Assembly (NCBI GenBank): GCA_963693365.1
Contig: CAVNZM010000019.1
Span: 133,272 to 197,271, forward strand
Source of the DNA: Amoebidium appalachense
Taxonomy: Eukaryota; Protista; Ichthyosporea
Reading direction: 5' to 3'
DNA length: 64,000 nucleotides
The translations under genes were made by a program, and so were the position numbers. Shown one piece after another: positions 22,326 through 34,032 of this stretch. Positions within the stretch are counted from its first letter, which is position 1. Each line of letters opens with the position of its first letter. The notes below the pieces were generated by a model, which ran no database searches, had not been told where the DNA came from, and saw nothing but the letters and a program-made list of their open reading frames with translations.

Positions 22326-22581
22326 GTGTATATAAGTATACATATGTAATAAAAATATGTACGCTTGTATGTATATGTGTATGATATATATAGATGTATG
22401 TGTGTGTGGTGTGTGGGGGTATGGAAAGTCGGTTTCTGTAGCAACTCTTCAACTCACCAATCAAATCGCGCGCATCCCGACAGTTTGAATAATGAAAGCG
22501 CCGATGAAGTCATTCCAGTGATTTGATTGGATAGTCGGTGAGTCGCATCACACTTACCAATCGTAGCGCTATTAGATAAAT
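21054..22581. repeat. Two tandem units (21054-21707, 21840-22581), each an inverted repeat with about 145-180-bp arms around an AT-rich (AT)n spacer
   Basis: Arm CACTCACCGACTATCCAATCAAATCACTG...CCATACCCCCACACACC appears forward at 21054 and 21878. It appears reversed ending at 21707 and about 22543. The spacers are near-identical. Confidence 0.92.
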
Positions 22582-22835
22582 ATGAGATTAAAGGGTAAAC
22601 ATTAGGCTTTTTATTACTTTCTACCTTATCGATGACATCATCGGTGCGCTCTGTATGACTATCTATATTGAAGACATAGTCATATTTATCATCATACACA
22701 CATATATATAAACATATACTTTTATTTTAAATATAAACATTAGTATGGATGTAAAAGTACACTATGTATGCCGATGTTATACTATGTAGAGACAGGTACA
22801 TGTATATATCCCCATACCCACCCCCCCCCCCCCCC

Positions 22836-23220
<385 letters not shown>

Positions 23221-23620
23221 ACTTACGGATGATAGCGCTATTATATATTAGCATGGAAAAGTTGGCACTTTGGAGTTACATTGGGGTTGTGACAGGTGTG
23301 TGAGCACCGTAAAGCGGTGCTTCATTGGGTGTAGAAGGAATGCAGCATTCGATTGGAGAGGAGAATGGCATGCAGCACATGTGTAAAAAGTGCATGTAGC
23401 GCCGAACAAGCCGAACAAATCGACCCAATCATCTGGGACCAGTATTCTTTGCAATCCTCTCCAATCGAATGCTGGATTCCATTCCTCTCCTCCCACAACC
23501 AATGAAGCGCCGGCAGCCCCCTATATAAACGCGGCCCGCGCTTGGCAGCCAGTACCTTTACGGTACACACACAGCACACAACCCCCAAACTCCAAATCGC
23601 GAACTCTTCCACCAGCAAAC

Positions 23621-24933
23621 ATGGCTTCCACCTATGCCATCTACGAGCGCCTCAACATTGCTGGCGCCCGCGAGGCCGGTTTCCCCCCATCTCCCCCGAG
23701 CTTGAGCAGCTGCTGGGCACCGTGGGAGATGACGTGGTGGCCAAGGTGCTGCGCTTCCTCGACCCGTTCCTGGTGGAAACTACCGAGACCATCTCCGGGC
23801 GCGCTATCTACCAGCTGCTGGGGTATGGTCGCTATGACGACTTCACAAGAACCATGTTCAAGGGGCGCAATGGGATCCATCCTGAGGTTCCGGTGGGGCA
23901 CTACCATGTCATTGAGATGGAGGTAAGCCTAAGGGTGATTCTGTTGTGATAAGCGCATCGCGTGACATCATCATTTCCCGGCACGGTGCCGGAAAAAGAT
24001 TGATTGGTTGTAAGCGCATCGCGTGACATCATCTTTTCCCGGCACCGTGCCGGAAAAAGATTGATTGGTTGTAAGCGCATCGTGTGACGTCATCGCTACC
24101 CCGGAAAAGTTTGAGTGGTTGCCGGTATCGATAGCTAACGCGTGTGGTTGATTTTGCAGAGCGGCAACCGAGGCCGCCCGGGACAGGATCACTTGTTGAC
24201 ACCCAGGGGCTTTCGCATTGCTGCTGCTAGGTCGACAGGTCTCCTGGGCAGTGTTGTCTGTGTGTGGGCCACTGGGGTCATAGAGGCCTTTGCCCATCTG
24301 GCCAACACCCACAAGGACGAGGCCGTTGCCGCCCTGCATGCCACCCTCACTGTCGCAGAGGCCCGCGCATGCGAAGCCGAGGCCCGGGCAGCCCTGTTGT
24401 CGGCCACCCTGGAGAAGACCGACGAGTGGTACGAGAAGACCGCGGAGCTCCTGGACTCCGCCAACGAGCGCCTTGCCATCTATGAGGGCGACAACGAGCA
24501 CCCCCAGCGCATCGTGTCCCTGCGCCCCGGCACCTCGCCCAACAGCCGCTGCATGGAGACGGACTACGGGCGGGAGCTGGCGCGCAAGGTGTTCCACGAC
24601 GCTGCCGTGCTGCTGTGGCGCTCCCACGAGGGGTTCGAGCACCTGTACGACCCCGCCTATTGGAACTGGCTCATCAAGTCGCACATGAACGTGGATCCCG
24701 ACCAGGCTGTGTACCGCTCGCACATCAACCTGTACACGGCACTCTGCAAGGCGGCCTACACCTTCCACGGTGTGCCCAAGGTCACCCACCTGACCTACAA
24801 CCAGCTCTATGCCGTGCTTCGTGTTTTTGCGCGCATGGGCGTCTGCCTGGTGCAGAAGGCCGAGCTGGAGCTTGTGTTTGGTGACCAGCTGGACAAGTAC
24901 GCACAGACCACCCTGGACAAGTTTATGGCCTAA
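23621..24933 (+). CDS. AntA/MSV199-like DNA-binding protein, two exons: join(23621..23922,24160..24933), with one frameshift in the C-run near 23685
   Basis: MASTYAIYERLNIAGA start as in the 20486 gene. Donor GAG|GTAAGC, branch GCTAAC and acceptor TTTTGCAG. Exon 2 begins SGNRGRPGQDHLLTPRGFR. TATATAAA at 23522. Confidence 0.75.
23950..24095. repeat. Intronic 61-bp tandem repeat (about 2.4 copies) with palindrome CCGGCAC.GTGCCGG, TGATTGG and GTGACRTCATC
   Basis: AAGCGCATCG at 23951, 24012 and 24073. Confidence 0.88.
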
Positions 24934-25149
24934 GAGATATGCATTGTGGGAAGGCATTGCACATATGCGTTTTTGATGTATTGTATGATATGGCTTCTAA
25001 ATGATATGATATGTTGCTAATTTTCTTTCATGCATATGTCTAGAACCTGGTTGTAAAAGGCACGACTAAAGCCAAAAATAGGGAGAATGGGAGCGCATGG
25101 CGTTACTATGTTAACACAGACATACACAGACATACACACAACACTTAAA

Positions 25150-25305
25150 CGCCATACACACTCACACACACACACATACACACGCGCCACACACATCACA
25201 CACCCACCCACACACAACACAAACGCACATCACACATACACACACCACACATACACACGCGCACACACAGCACACACCACACACACACACCCACACACCC
25301 ACACA

Positions 25306-25354
<49 letters not shown>

Positions 25355-25455
25355 ACGCGCACACACACACACACACCCACACACACACACACCCACACCA
25401 CACACACACACACACACCCCCCCCCACCCCCACCCCACACACCCACACAATCCCA

Positions 25456-25493
<38 letters not shown>

Positions 25494-25612
25494 CCCACAC
25501 ACACACAACACTTAAACACACATACACACACGCACACACACACGCACACACCCACACACACACACACTTAAACACACATACACACACACACGCACACACA
25601 CACGCACACACA
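25150..25612. repeat. Impure (CA)n microsatellite
   Basis: Direct observation. Confidence 0.92.
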
Positions 25613-25718
25613 TGAGACAGCTAGGACAGAGACTCTGCACACACACTTATTGTGAGCGCTCAGCGCTCGTTTATTTTCTATGCCGACGCGAGTTGACAAA
25701 CTCGACGCCGGACCAGTC

Positions 25719-26075
25719 CTAGTTGGCATCAGCATCCACAGGCGTAGGCTTGACGCGCTTGGAGGGCTTCTTGCTGGGCGGCGGGCGGACGTCCTCGGTG
25801 GCATCGCGCTTCTCGGGCTTGCCCTTGGGTGGCGCAGTCAGCCTGGCCTGCAGCTGCATGATGCGGTAGAGCACCTCCAGACTCTCCTTGTAGTCGCGGT
25901 AGGAGCCGTGCTTGAGGTCCTCGCCGAAGCCGGTCAGCGAGAGGGGTGGGAGAGCAGGCGGCGGGGCCAGGCTGGGCAGGCTGGGGAGGTCCGGCAGCGG
26001 TGGTAGAGTTGAGAAGTCGAAGAGGGGGCAGCCGGGGGTGTTGAGCGAGGGCGCGGGAGTAGTTTGGGCGGCCAT
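25719..26075 (-). CDS. Small Pro-rich protein with basic C-terminus (possible NLS)
   Basis: 118-aa ORF with strong GC3 bias; PPSKKPSKRVK; AATAAA downstream on the minus strand. Confidence 0.6.
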   Translation of the reverse strand: MAAQTTPAPSLNTPGCPLFDFSTLPPLPDLPSLPSLAPPPALPPLSLTGFGEDLKHGSYRDYKESLEVLYRIMQLQARLTAPPKGKPEKRDATEDVRPPPSKKPSKRVKPTPVDADAN

Positions 26076-26167
26076 GTTGAACTTGCTGCTCGGAGCGCGG
26101 CTGTTGCGGCTGATGTTGCAGGTTTCATTGGATGTGCAGACTGACGACTGAGCGGCCGAGCGCGCGC

Positions 26168-26374
26168 TTATGTACCCGGCGGCAGGTAGCGGTAGGTGCG
26201 AAAGATGACCTCCTTTCCGCTCGAATTGTCGATGACCGGCTCGCGAGGTGCCATGGCCTCCACATTGCTGATCCAGAAGGTGTCGTCATTTTCCGGAACA
26301 CCCAGCTCCCTCCACACGGAGTAGGCAATAAACGCAAGCAGAAGCACCGTCCAGACCCGGTTGCCAGACTCCAT
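26168..26374 (-). CDS. Small protein with N-terminal hydrophobic segment
   Basis: VWTVLLLAFIAYSVW. Confidence 0.35.
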   Translation of the reverse strand: MESGNRVWTVLLLAFIAYSVWRELGVPENDDTFWISNVEAMAPREPVIDNSSGKEVIFRTYRYLPPGT

Positions 26375-26492
26375 GCATGCACAGCGGGATTATTTGGCCT
26401 CTGCGGGTTGCATACGTGCGTTTTGGGAGCGGGAGTAGGAAGGTTCGCGAAGGTGTTGCATCGTCATTTCTTGGTAGGATGAGGTTGGAAAA

Positions 26493-26647
26493 GGGCGTCA
26501 GCGAACAAGCGCCACCTTACGCACTGGAAGCTGGAAAATTCCAGAAAGCACAGGCTGGCTGTGATTGGAGGGCGTCAGCGAATAAGCGCCACCTTACGCA
26601 CTGGAAGCTGGAAAATTCCAGAAAGCACAGGCTGGCTGTGATTGGAG
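26493..26647. repeat. 77-bp tandem repeat in the KilA-N gene upstream region (CTGGAAAATTCCAG palindrome plus TGATTGG); repeated near 28432-28550
   Basis: GGGCGTCAGCG at 26493 and 26570; TATATAAA near 26724 and 28619. Confidence 0.8.
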
Positions 26648-26797
26648 ACGTAAGGAACGAATGGGCGGAGGGCGCATGACCAGGGATCGTGCGTGTCAAT
26701 TCTTGTGTGAGCCACCCCGCTACTATATAAACCTAATGTGCGCCTGGATGCTTCATTCTGCTATCAAGTACCGAACGAACAAACAACCTACGCAAAC

Positions 26798-28195
26798 ATG
26801 GAGTTCGACATGAACGTCGCTGTGCCCAAGGACGAGGTGGTCGCTGCCTCCCCACACCCGGCAACCCCTGCCTACCCCGCGTTCAAGGAGGTGCGCGCCC
26901 CGCCCGCCATGGACTTCGGCGACAAGGTGCTGACCGTGACCACCACCTACCCCAACGGGCACGTCTACTTCAACGGCACCATGCTGTGCAACGTGGGGCG
27001 CGAGTACAACACCGAGAAGGCGGGGGATGGCGCGGAGAAGAAGGTGGATGTGGAGCAAGAACATGGTGAAAACGTAAGATACAAAAAAAAAAGACTTTCC
27101 TTTGGCCAACTGCGCATCGATGACGTCATCGACACCACCAACTCCAAGAAGAAGTCCGGGGACCCAGCGCTGCGCGGCACCTTCGTTCACATCGCGCTGT
27201 TCCCGGCGCTTGCCCGCTACGTCTCCACCGACTTTGCCGTGCACACGGACGCACTGCTCTCGCGCATGTTCACGGGCGACTACACGGTGCTGGCGGACGT
27301 CATCGACATCTGCGACAGCTACAACGGGGCCACCACCAGCAAGATGGCCATCGACATGGACGAGGTGCGCGCTGCCCGGGCGGACACGGGTGAGCAGATG
27401 CTGGGCATGCTGACGTCGTTCTTCGACAGCAAGTTCATGCCGCTGCTCAAGGAGAAGAACGACACCATCAAGGATAAGAACCTCACCATCGACCTGCTGA
27501 ACATGGCCGTGCGTGAGAGCAAGGAGCTGGTGATGCAGCACAAGGAGCTGGACAAGCAGAAGACGCTGATGCTGCAGCAGGCCACACAGATCAACGTGGC
27601 CCTCATGGAGCAGTTCGAGAGCGACCCCAACACCCTCAACAAGCGCGTGTTGCCCAGCAGCCCCGACGGCTGCACGCTGGACGGGTACCCCCACCTGCGC
27701 GTGCGCCTGCTCAACCTCGGCAACAGCATCGTGGCGGCACTGTTCAAGGGCAGCACGGTGGGCCCGACCACTCTGTACCAGCAGTTTGTCGAGGGGATAC
27801 TCAACGTACAGGTGCTGGGACACGTCGTCGAGGACAGCGTGAACACGGTGATGGCGAGGTCGGTGCTGGCGGGCGCCATCAAGCTGCGAGCGGGGGCCTC
27901 GTGGGGCCGCAAGGTGAAGTACTGCACCGAGATCACCGCACGGATGGCCTACACGGTGGTGTACAACACGGAGGCATGGTTTGCCGAGAAGATGCCCGAG
28001 ATCAGCCAGACGTGCAGTTTCTACCGTACTAGGGTTCTGTTTGAAAAGGAGTTTCCGGGCATCAAGCCCCTAGACATAGAGGAAGAGCTTGAGCTCGTCC
28101 CCAAACCACGTACTAGACGTGTGAGGCGCACTGCTGTGCCCAAGAAATTCGACAGACGTGCGCAGTGCGCAGAGGCAGAGAAACAAAGCATGTAG
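26798..28195 (+). CDS. KilA-N domain protein with coiled coil and shared C-terminal domain
   Basis: NGHVYFNGTMLC...LRGTFVHIALFPALARYVSTDFAV matches the KilA-N pattern. Confidence 0.82.
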   Translation: MEFDMNVAVPKDEVVAASPHPATPAYPAFKEVRAPPAMDFGDKVLTVTTTYPNGHVYFNGTMLCNVGREYNTEKAGDGAEKKVDVEQEHGENVRYKKKRLSFGQLRIDDVIDTTNSKKKSGDPALRGTFVHIALFPALARYVSTDFAVHTDALLSRMFTGDYTVLADVIDICDSYNGATTSKMAIDMDEVRAARADTGEQMLGMLTSFFDSKFMPLLKEKNDTIKDKNLTIDLLNMAVRESKELVMQHKELDKQKTLMLQQATQINVALMEQFESDPNTLNKRVLPSSPDGCTLDGYPHLRVRLLNLGNSIVAALFKGSTVGPTTLYQQFVEGILNVQVLGHVVEDSVNTVMARSVLAGAIKLRAGASWGRKVKYCTEITARMAYTVVYNTEAWFAEKMPEISQTCSFYRTRVLFEKEFPGIKPLDIEEELELVPKPRTRRVRRTAVPKKFDRRAQCAEAEKQSM

Positions 28196-28692
28196 TGGGG
28201 GGAAGGGGGATCCAGACATTCATTTGTGTTCATGTTTACCTAAAACTTGCATCAATACATAGACATTTGGCAATATAAGAAGGACAATATATGACTGTAA
28301 AAAGGCAAATAAAGACTTTGCAAAAAACAATTAAAAACGCACTACATTATTCTTTTGCTGCGGGGCCGGCGTTTTGAGCGGGAGAGGGGCGCGAGGCATC
28401 GTCAGAGGATAGGTCCGACCGCCACCCGCATAGGAAGCTGGAAAATCCAGAAAGCACGCTGGCTGTGATTGGAGGGCGCAGCGAACAAGCGCCACCTTAC
28501 GCACTGGAAGCTGGAAATTCCAGAAAGCGCAGGCTGGCTGTGATTGGAGACGTAAGGAACGAATGGGCGGAGGCAATGCGCCAATGCGCAACAACCTACT
28601 TGTGAGCCACCCCGCCACTATATAAAGCCAATGTGCGCCTGGATGCTTCATTCTGCTTTCAAGTACCGATCGAACAAACAACCTACGCAAAC

Positions 28693-30231
28693 ATGGAGTT
28701 CGACATGAACGTCGCTGCGCCCAAGGAGGAGGTGGTCGCTGCCTCCCTACAGCCGGCAACCCCTGCCTACCCTGCGTTCAAGGAGGTGCGCGCCCCGCCC
28801 GCCATGGACTTCGGCGGCAAGGTGCTGACCGTGACCACCACCTACCCCAACGGGCACGTCTACTTCAACGGCACCATGCTGTGCAACGTGGGGCGCGAGT
28901 ACAACACCGAGAAGGCGGATAGGGATGGGGCCGAGAAGCAGGTGGCGTAGTGGAAGGTGCGCCATGCTGGGCTCATCAACAAGGTCCTGACCAAGATCAA
29001 CGAACCAATCAGAGGAATCCTGTCAAATGCCAGGATTCCTCCCATTGGTCAACTGCGCATCGATGACGTCATCGACACCTCGAATGCCAAGAAGAAGACC
29101 GGCGACCCAGCGCTGCGCGGCACCTTCGTTCACATCGCGCTGTTCCCGGCGCTTGCCCGCTACGTCTCGACGGACTTTGCCGTGCACACGGACGCACTGC
29201 TCTCGCGCATGTTCACGGGCGACTACACGGTGCTGGCGGACGTCATCGACATCTGCGACAACTACAACGGGGCCACCACCAGCAAGATGGCCATCGACAT
29301 GGATGAGGTGCGCGCTGCCCGGGCGGACCCTTCGAACGGCTTCCTCGATGCCATGCGCAGCTTCTTCGACAGCACCGTCAAGCCTATCATCGAGGAGAAG
29401 GACAACACCATTCGCGAGCTCAAGCGCACCTTCACCGAGATGCAGGAAGGCCAGGCCCAGGCCCTTGCTCTTGTGAAGGATGGTTATGAAAAGCAGATCG
29501 CCGTGTACGACGCCACCATGCGCGAGAAGGACACCATGCTACGCGAGAGGTCCCTCATGCTGGCACAAGCTAACCAGACCATTGCCCAGGCCAACCAGAC
29601 CATCGCTGAGCGCTCCCGTGTCAACCAGGCCCTGATGGAGCAGTTCGACTCCGATCCCAATACCATCAACCCACGCGTGCTCCCCACCGATGCAGACAAG
29701 TCCACGCTCAACGGCTACCCGCACCTCCGTGCACGCCTGAGCAACCTGCCCATCAGCATCGTCGGTGCGCTGTTTAACGGCGAGACCAAGGGGGCCATTG
29801 AGCTGGTGCAGGAGTTCACTAACAGCGTGCTCAACGTGGACGTGCTGGTGGCGTGCACCCGGCGCACTGTAAACACGCTCACAGCGCGCGGTGCCATCCA
29901 GAACGCCATCAAACTGCGTGCCGAGGCGTGGGGCACGCCTGTCCGCTACTGCACGGAGATCACGGCACGCCAGGCGTTCACGGTCATAAGCAACACGGAG
30001 ATGTGGATGGGTGACAACATGCCACACATTCTAGCGACCCATGGTTACGGCAACCTGCGTGCCATGATGGAGCGCCAGTTTCCGGGCATCAAGCCGCTGA
30101 CGGTCGAGGGTGTGACGCTTGAGGTAGTCCCCAGGCCGAAAAGGGCTAGGGCAGCGGGGGGGAGGCGTAACCGTGGGCGCAAACAGTCTGGGTCCCGCAG
30201 ATCAACACAAGATGCCAGTGTCTGCATGTAG
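28693..30231 (+). pseudogene. Tandem paralogue KilA-N gene with in-frame TAG at 28948-28950
   Basis: ORFs 28633-28950 and 28957-30231 are in the same frame (KQVA*WKVRH); promoter and 5' part duplicate the 26798 gene. Confidence 0.75.
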
Positions 30232-30758
30232 TGTTGAAACGTGCGTTGTTCAGGGGGGGGGGGGGGGTAGTGTTGTACTGAAGTTTGTCTGGTTCGTGTG
30301 TAGTGTGTGTGTGTGTGGGGGGGGGGGGTTCTAGGCTGCGACAATGATATTTGTTAAGATGTTTTTTCTTGGTCATACATTCGAGAAGGTAAATAGTTTT
30401 TAGAGGAAAGTTTATTCATGTCCAATTTGTAGATGGTTCTGTTAGTTCTGTTAGATATAGCAATTACACGGATGTAAAGTAATAGTCCTCTTGTAACTGT
30501 GAATATGAAATCTTAATATATGAAATAATCCAAATACATACACTGAATTTATGTCAACGAATTGAATTGAATAAAGTACAATTCAACATTCAAAATTCTG
30601 ATGTATATTCACAACAACCAACAATCAAAGCAAAGAGACAAGCCCATGTGAACATGTCCAACCCCATCATCTGGCCAAGCACATCACAACGGTAGGTTCA
30701 CGGCTATATATGTACGCAGCACATTCATATGTTATGATATATGTCTTTCTCAAGCCAT

Positions 30759-32431
30759 TCAATCGAATTCATTTGGTGGAGTGGCATTTGCAAGTTTCGT
30801 GTAGTCGACCAAGTAAGCCTTGTTTCGCGGGTGTGGATATTCGCCGTTTAGGCGCACAGGATAATGTCCATTCGGGGGGGAAACCGAACGCCCCAACACG
30901 TGCTTGAGCGCGGCGCCGAGTTTTTTCTGGCCGGGAATCCTTCTGTCGATGTTGTTTGCAGCGGCCCAGCGCCGCAGCAGCGCAACAAACGTCGTGGTTG
31001 TCATGTACATACCCTCGTAGTCATCCCAATCCTCGCACACCTCCTCGCGCCTCCCCATGTCGTGGAAGAACTCATACTCAACCGGAAGGGGGTCTGTGAG
31101 GTCCTGAAGCCTGCGCTTGAGTCCGGTCATAGGCGGCAGGATGCGTACACGATCATTGAGGTCGATCCGCATGAGGTAGTGGTAGAGATGCTCTAGCCCC
31201 GATGCATCTCCCTCGGTGTAGGCGGCTGCCAGCTCGTTGAAGTAGTCGTGATCCCCAACCCTGGCAGGGGATACCTCCATGCACGCGTAGCGGCGGTCTG
31301 TCCGGGACACGGGAATGGGGTGCTCCTCGTTGCTGAGCAGGATCCAGCGCTCACACGACTTGATGGTAGTAACGGGCAGTCCCTTTCTCTCCATGGACAT
31401 CCTGTCGTCCGTGATGAGTGTCTTGAGGTGGTTGGGGATGCGGTGACTCTTGCCATAGGTGACCTATGGAAACAGGACGTGTTAGCATGATCTGCTTCAT
31501 ATGAATCTACACCCCCACCCCCCAAACAACATATGCATGCGCTTCCAGTGTGTGCATCCGAGCATGGCGCGCGTGTGTGTAGCGCTTCTAAAGAGATGGG
31601 TCTTGGGCGCTTCTTCATGTGTGTGTGTGCGCTAATCCAATTAGCACACAGGCTTCTCACCTCGTTACACAGGACCAGCAGCTTGAACGAATAGCCCTCA
31701 TTGAACCTCGTGTCGATCCGGTGCTCGTTCTCGACGGTGCCAACCAGGTGCATGCCTAGCATCTGCTTGATGATCGTGCAGAACACATCCTTGCCTGTGC
31801 CCTCAATGGAGCGCAGCAGCAACCCGCACTGGGGCTTGCGCTCCGGCACCTGGACAAGGTGAGCGAGCCACTGCATCAGGAAGTCGAACAAGCGCTCGTC
31901 GCGGTTGCAGATGATGTACTTGGTGTGGTAGAGGAAGCGCTGCAGTTTCTCTTCCTCGATTTCAAAGTTCTCGCGGTAGCGAAAGCGAAAACCTGGAAAC
32001 ATGTTGAAAACGCGGTTGAGGCTGTGCAAGTAGATGTCCCTGCGCACACCGGTTCTTGGCTCGGGGTCGGAGGGGTCGAAGACAAGATGGGCATAGGTGA
32101 GCCGGCGGCCACTGGAGAGGTAAAGGGTGCCGCGCAGGGGTGGCTGGGGGTCCCCGTCTTCGTTTGGGGGCTGTGGAAACTCAAAGGCCTCGAGAAATAC
32201 GCGGACCTGGTCACGTGTCTTGAGCTCAAACGTAACAGGGAGGCCGTCGATGTTGCGCGTTTTGTGGATGAATGCATTGGGGGTTGCTACATAGGCAATG
32301 TGCTTGCTGATGTAGTCGCACACCTCTTGTTCGCTCCATGCATGTCTGCTCCTGCACACATCGGGATGGAGAAAATCATCGGCGTTGTCACCAAGGTCGT
32401 GTGTCGCCTCAAACCTGGCAAAGTAATCCAT
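30759..32431 (-). CDS. SF3 helicase (D5/DUF5906-like), two exons: complement(join(30759..31463,31661..32431)), 491 aa
   Basis: Walker A RSIEGTGKD. Intron 31464-31660 has GAG|GTGAGA, branch GCTAAC and TTTCCATAG. Splicing gives LLVLCNE-VTYGKSHRIPNHLKTLIT, collinear with the paralogue LLVVCDEVVWGGSHELNNIMKARIT. Confidence 0.88.
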
Positions 32432-32760
32432 CTTGGACACATACACTCCACACAGCAAACTGCGTGTGTGAGCTGTGCTGTTTGTGACGGTTCTTGAACT
32501 CTGACAGAACTTTTGAAAAGTGTGCCGGAATTCTATTGGTGAATTGAAGAGCAGGTAGGAATCCGACAGCCCATTGGTCCGAAAATTTGGCCTGATGCGA
32601 TTGGCCAGAAAATCGAGCCAATCGTTTCTCGCATTCCTTTCTGCTCTCACTCAGATCACCAAGTGACCAGCTGGAACCGCGAGCTTATAACAAGCAACAA
32701 CTGAGCGTGTGTCTAACACGTCCTTCCTCTGTCCCCCTCCTGTACCTCAAACCCACCAAC

Positions 32761-33084
32761 ATGCCGAAAATCATCATACTGCGCTGGCGCTGGCGCATTG
32801 TCTTCCAAGGCAGCGCCTCCCCCTGGCACAGCGGCACAGTTGTAATGCCAGCTCCACAGGCCACCCCCCCTGTTCTCCTCCCACCACCAGCCCGTGTTTT
32901 ACGTCGTCAGAGGCCGTTCACGCGTCCATGCACCAAGACCGTGGCCATATGGCGCCCAGTGCCCCTGCCCGACCCCACCCCGGACCAGCGCGAGTGCAAC
33001 AAGGAGAACATCCCCCCAGGTGGCCCGGGATGTGCGTGTGTTCACTGTCTGCACGAAGCACAGCAGACACAGGCCAACCAATAA
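32761..33084 (+). CDS. Small Pro-rich protein with KEN-box-like motif
   Basis: TATA-like at 32685, NKENIPP, and AATAAA at the stop. Confidence 0.45.
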   Translation: MPKIIILRWRWRIVFQGSASPWHSGTVVMPAPQATPPVLLPPPARVLRRQRPFTRPCTKTVAIWRPVPLPDPTPDQRECNKENIPPGGPGCACVHCLHEAQQTQANQ

Positions 33085-33192
33085 ACGCAGCCAGACTGTG
33101 TGTGGCAAAGACACTGATTTGAATAGACACAAACCATGCCCACCCACACCCCTCTGTGGTGTTGTAGATAATGATGACCTATCGCATGCACG

Positions 33193-33939
33193 ATGGGGCT
33201 TAGCGAGGCAAACTACTATGCTGGTCTGGTGTCGTTTGGGACGTTAATGCTTTTACTGTATGAACTTCGCATGCCCCGCTTTCAGTACCGGGACTTTCTT
33301 GACCTCATGGTGGTTCTTGATTCGCTGGCCTTTCTGGTGTTCTATATTGCAAGCACACATGAAGGATGCTCTGCCTACAATGCGTATCTTGCTGCTGACC
33401 TTCTGTGGTGCTTCAAGGACGCGTGCAAGTATGCATACATCATAGACCACGCATGTTCGCTGTCCCAGTTGCATGTTGCATGGCTCGACCTTGCTGTGTT
33501 TTTGACTTCCTCGGTGCTCTATCTGGTCTTTGTTATATACACATATGTTCTGCCGACACAGTGCCATGTACCTCCACATCACAATGCTGTCTCCCTTGTA
33601 GTTCTGTACTGCTTTTGGACGACAGTGTGTATTGCCTCGGTGGCCATGCTGTTTGCGCGCTTCTCATATCTGTGGTCTAATCGCCACCTGCTTATTGGTG
33701 AGAGGTCTCGTGGACTCTGCTGGCAGGTGCTGGTGGGCTCCACAGCGACAGCGCTTGCAACAATGGCCACTGCAGCGGCCACATCGTTTTCAGTTTCGAG
33801 AACCATTGGGACGTCCGTTATTGACTGTGCGAATCTACTGTTTGTGTTTTCACAACTGATGCTCTTTGTGGGCCACGACCGTGGTGATCTTGCCGAGCTC
33901 AAGGCGCGTGAGCCATTCCAGTCACAAGCTCGCTGCTGA
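33193..33939 (+). CDS. Seven-transmembrane, GPCR-like protein
   Basis: Seven hydrophobic segments by eye; Cys at the start of TM3 (HEGC) and after TM4 (TQC). Confidence 0.6.
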   Translation: MGLSEANYYAGLVSFGTLMLLLYELRMPRFQYRDFLDLMVVLDSLAFLVFYIASTHEGCSAYNAYLAADLLWCFKDACKYAYIIDHACSLSQLHVAWLDLAVFLTSSVLYLVFVIYTYVLPTQCHVPPHHNAVSLVVLYCFWTTVCIASVAMLFARFSYLWSNRHLLIGERSRGLCWQVLVGSTATALATMATAAATSFSVSRTIGTSVIDCANLLFVFSQLMLFVGHDRGDLAELKAREPFQSQARC

Positions 33940-34032
33940 TTGGGCGGCCTCATGCTTAAAAGGCCGCGCTCCTGTCTGCCCAGTGTCAGATCAACAACCA
34001 CAAACACACATGCGAGTTGCACAAGTTTCATC

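Noticed and set aside
21316-22464. Duplicated 103/105-aa ORFs in the AT-rich core
   Set aside because: They run through (AT)n tracts, have non-ATG starts and show no coding bias.
26798-30231. Diversity-generating retroelement template/variable repeat pair, or programmed stop readthrough at 28948
   Set aside because: No reverse transcriptase, differences are not adenine-specific, and there is no evidence for recoding.
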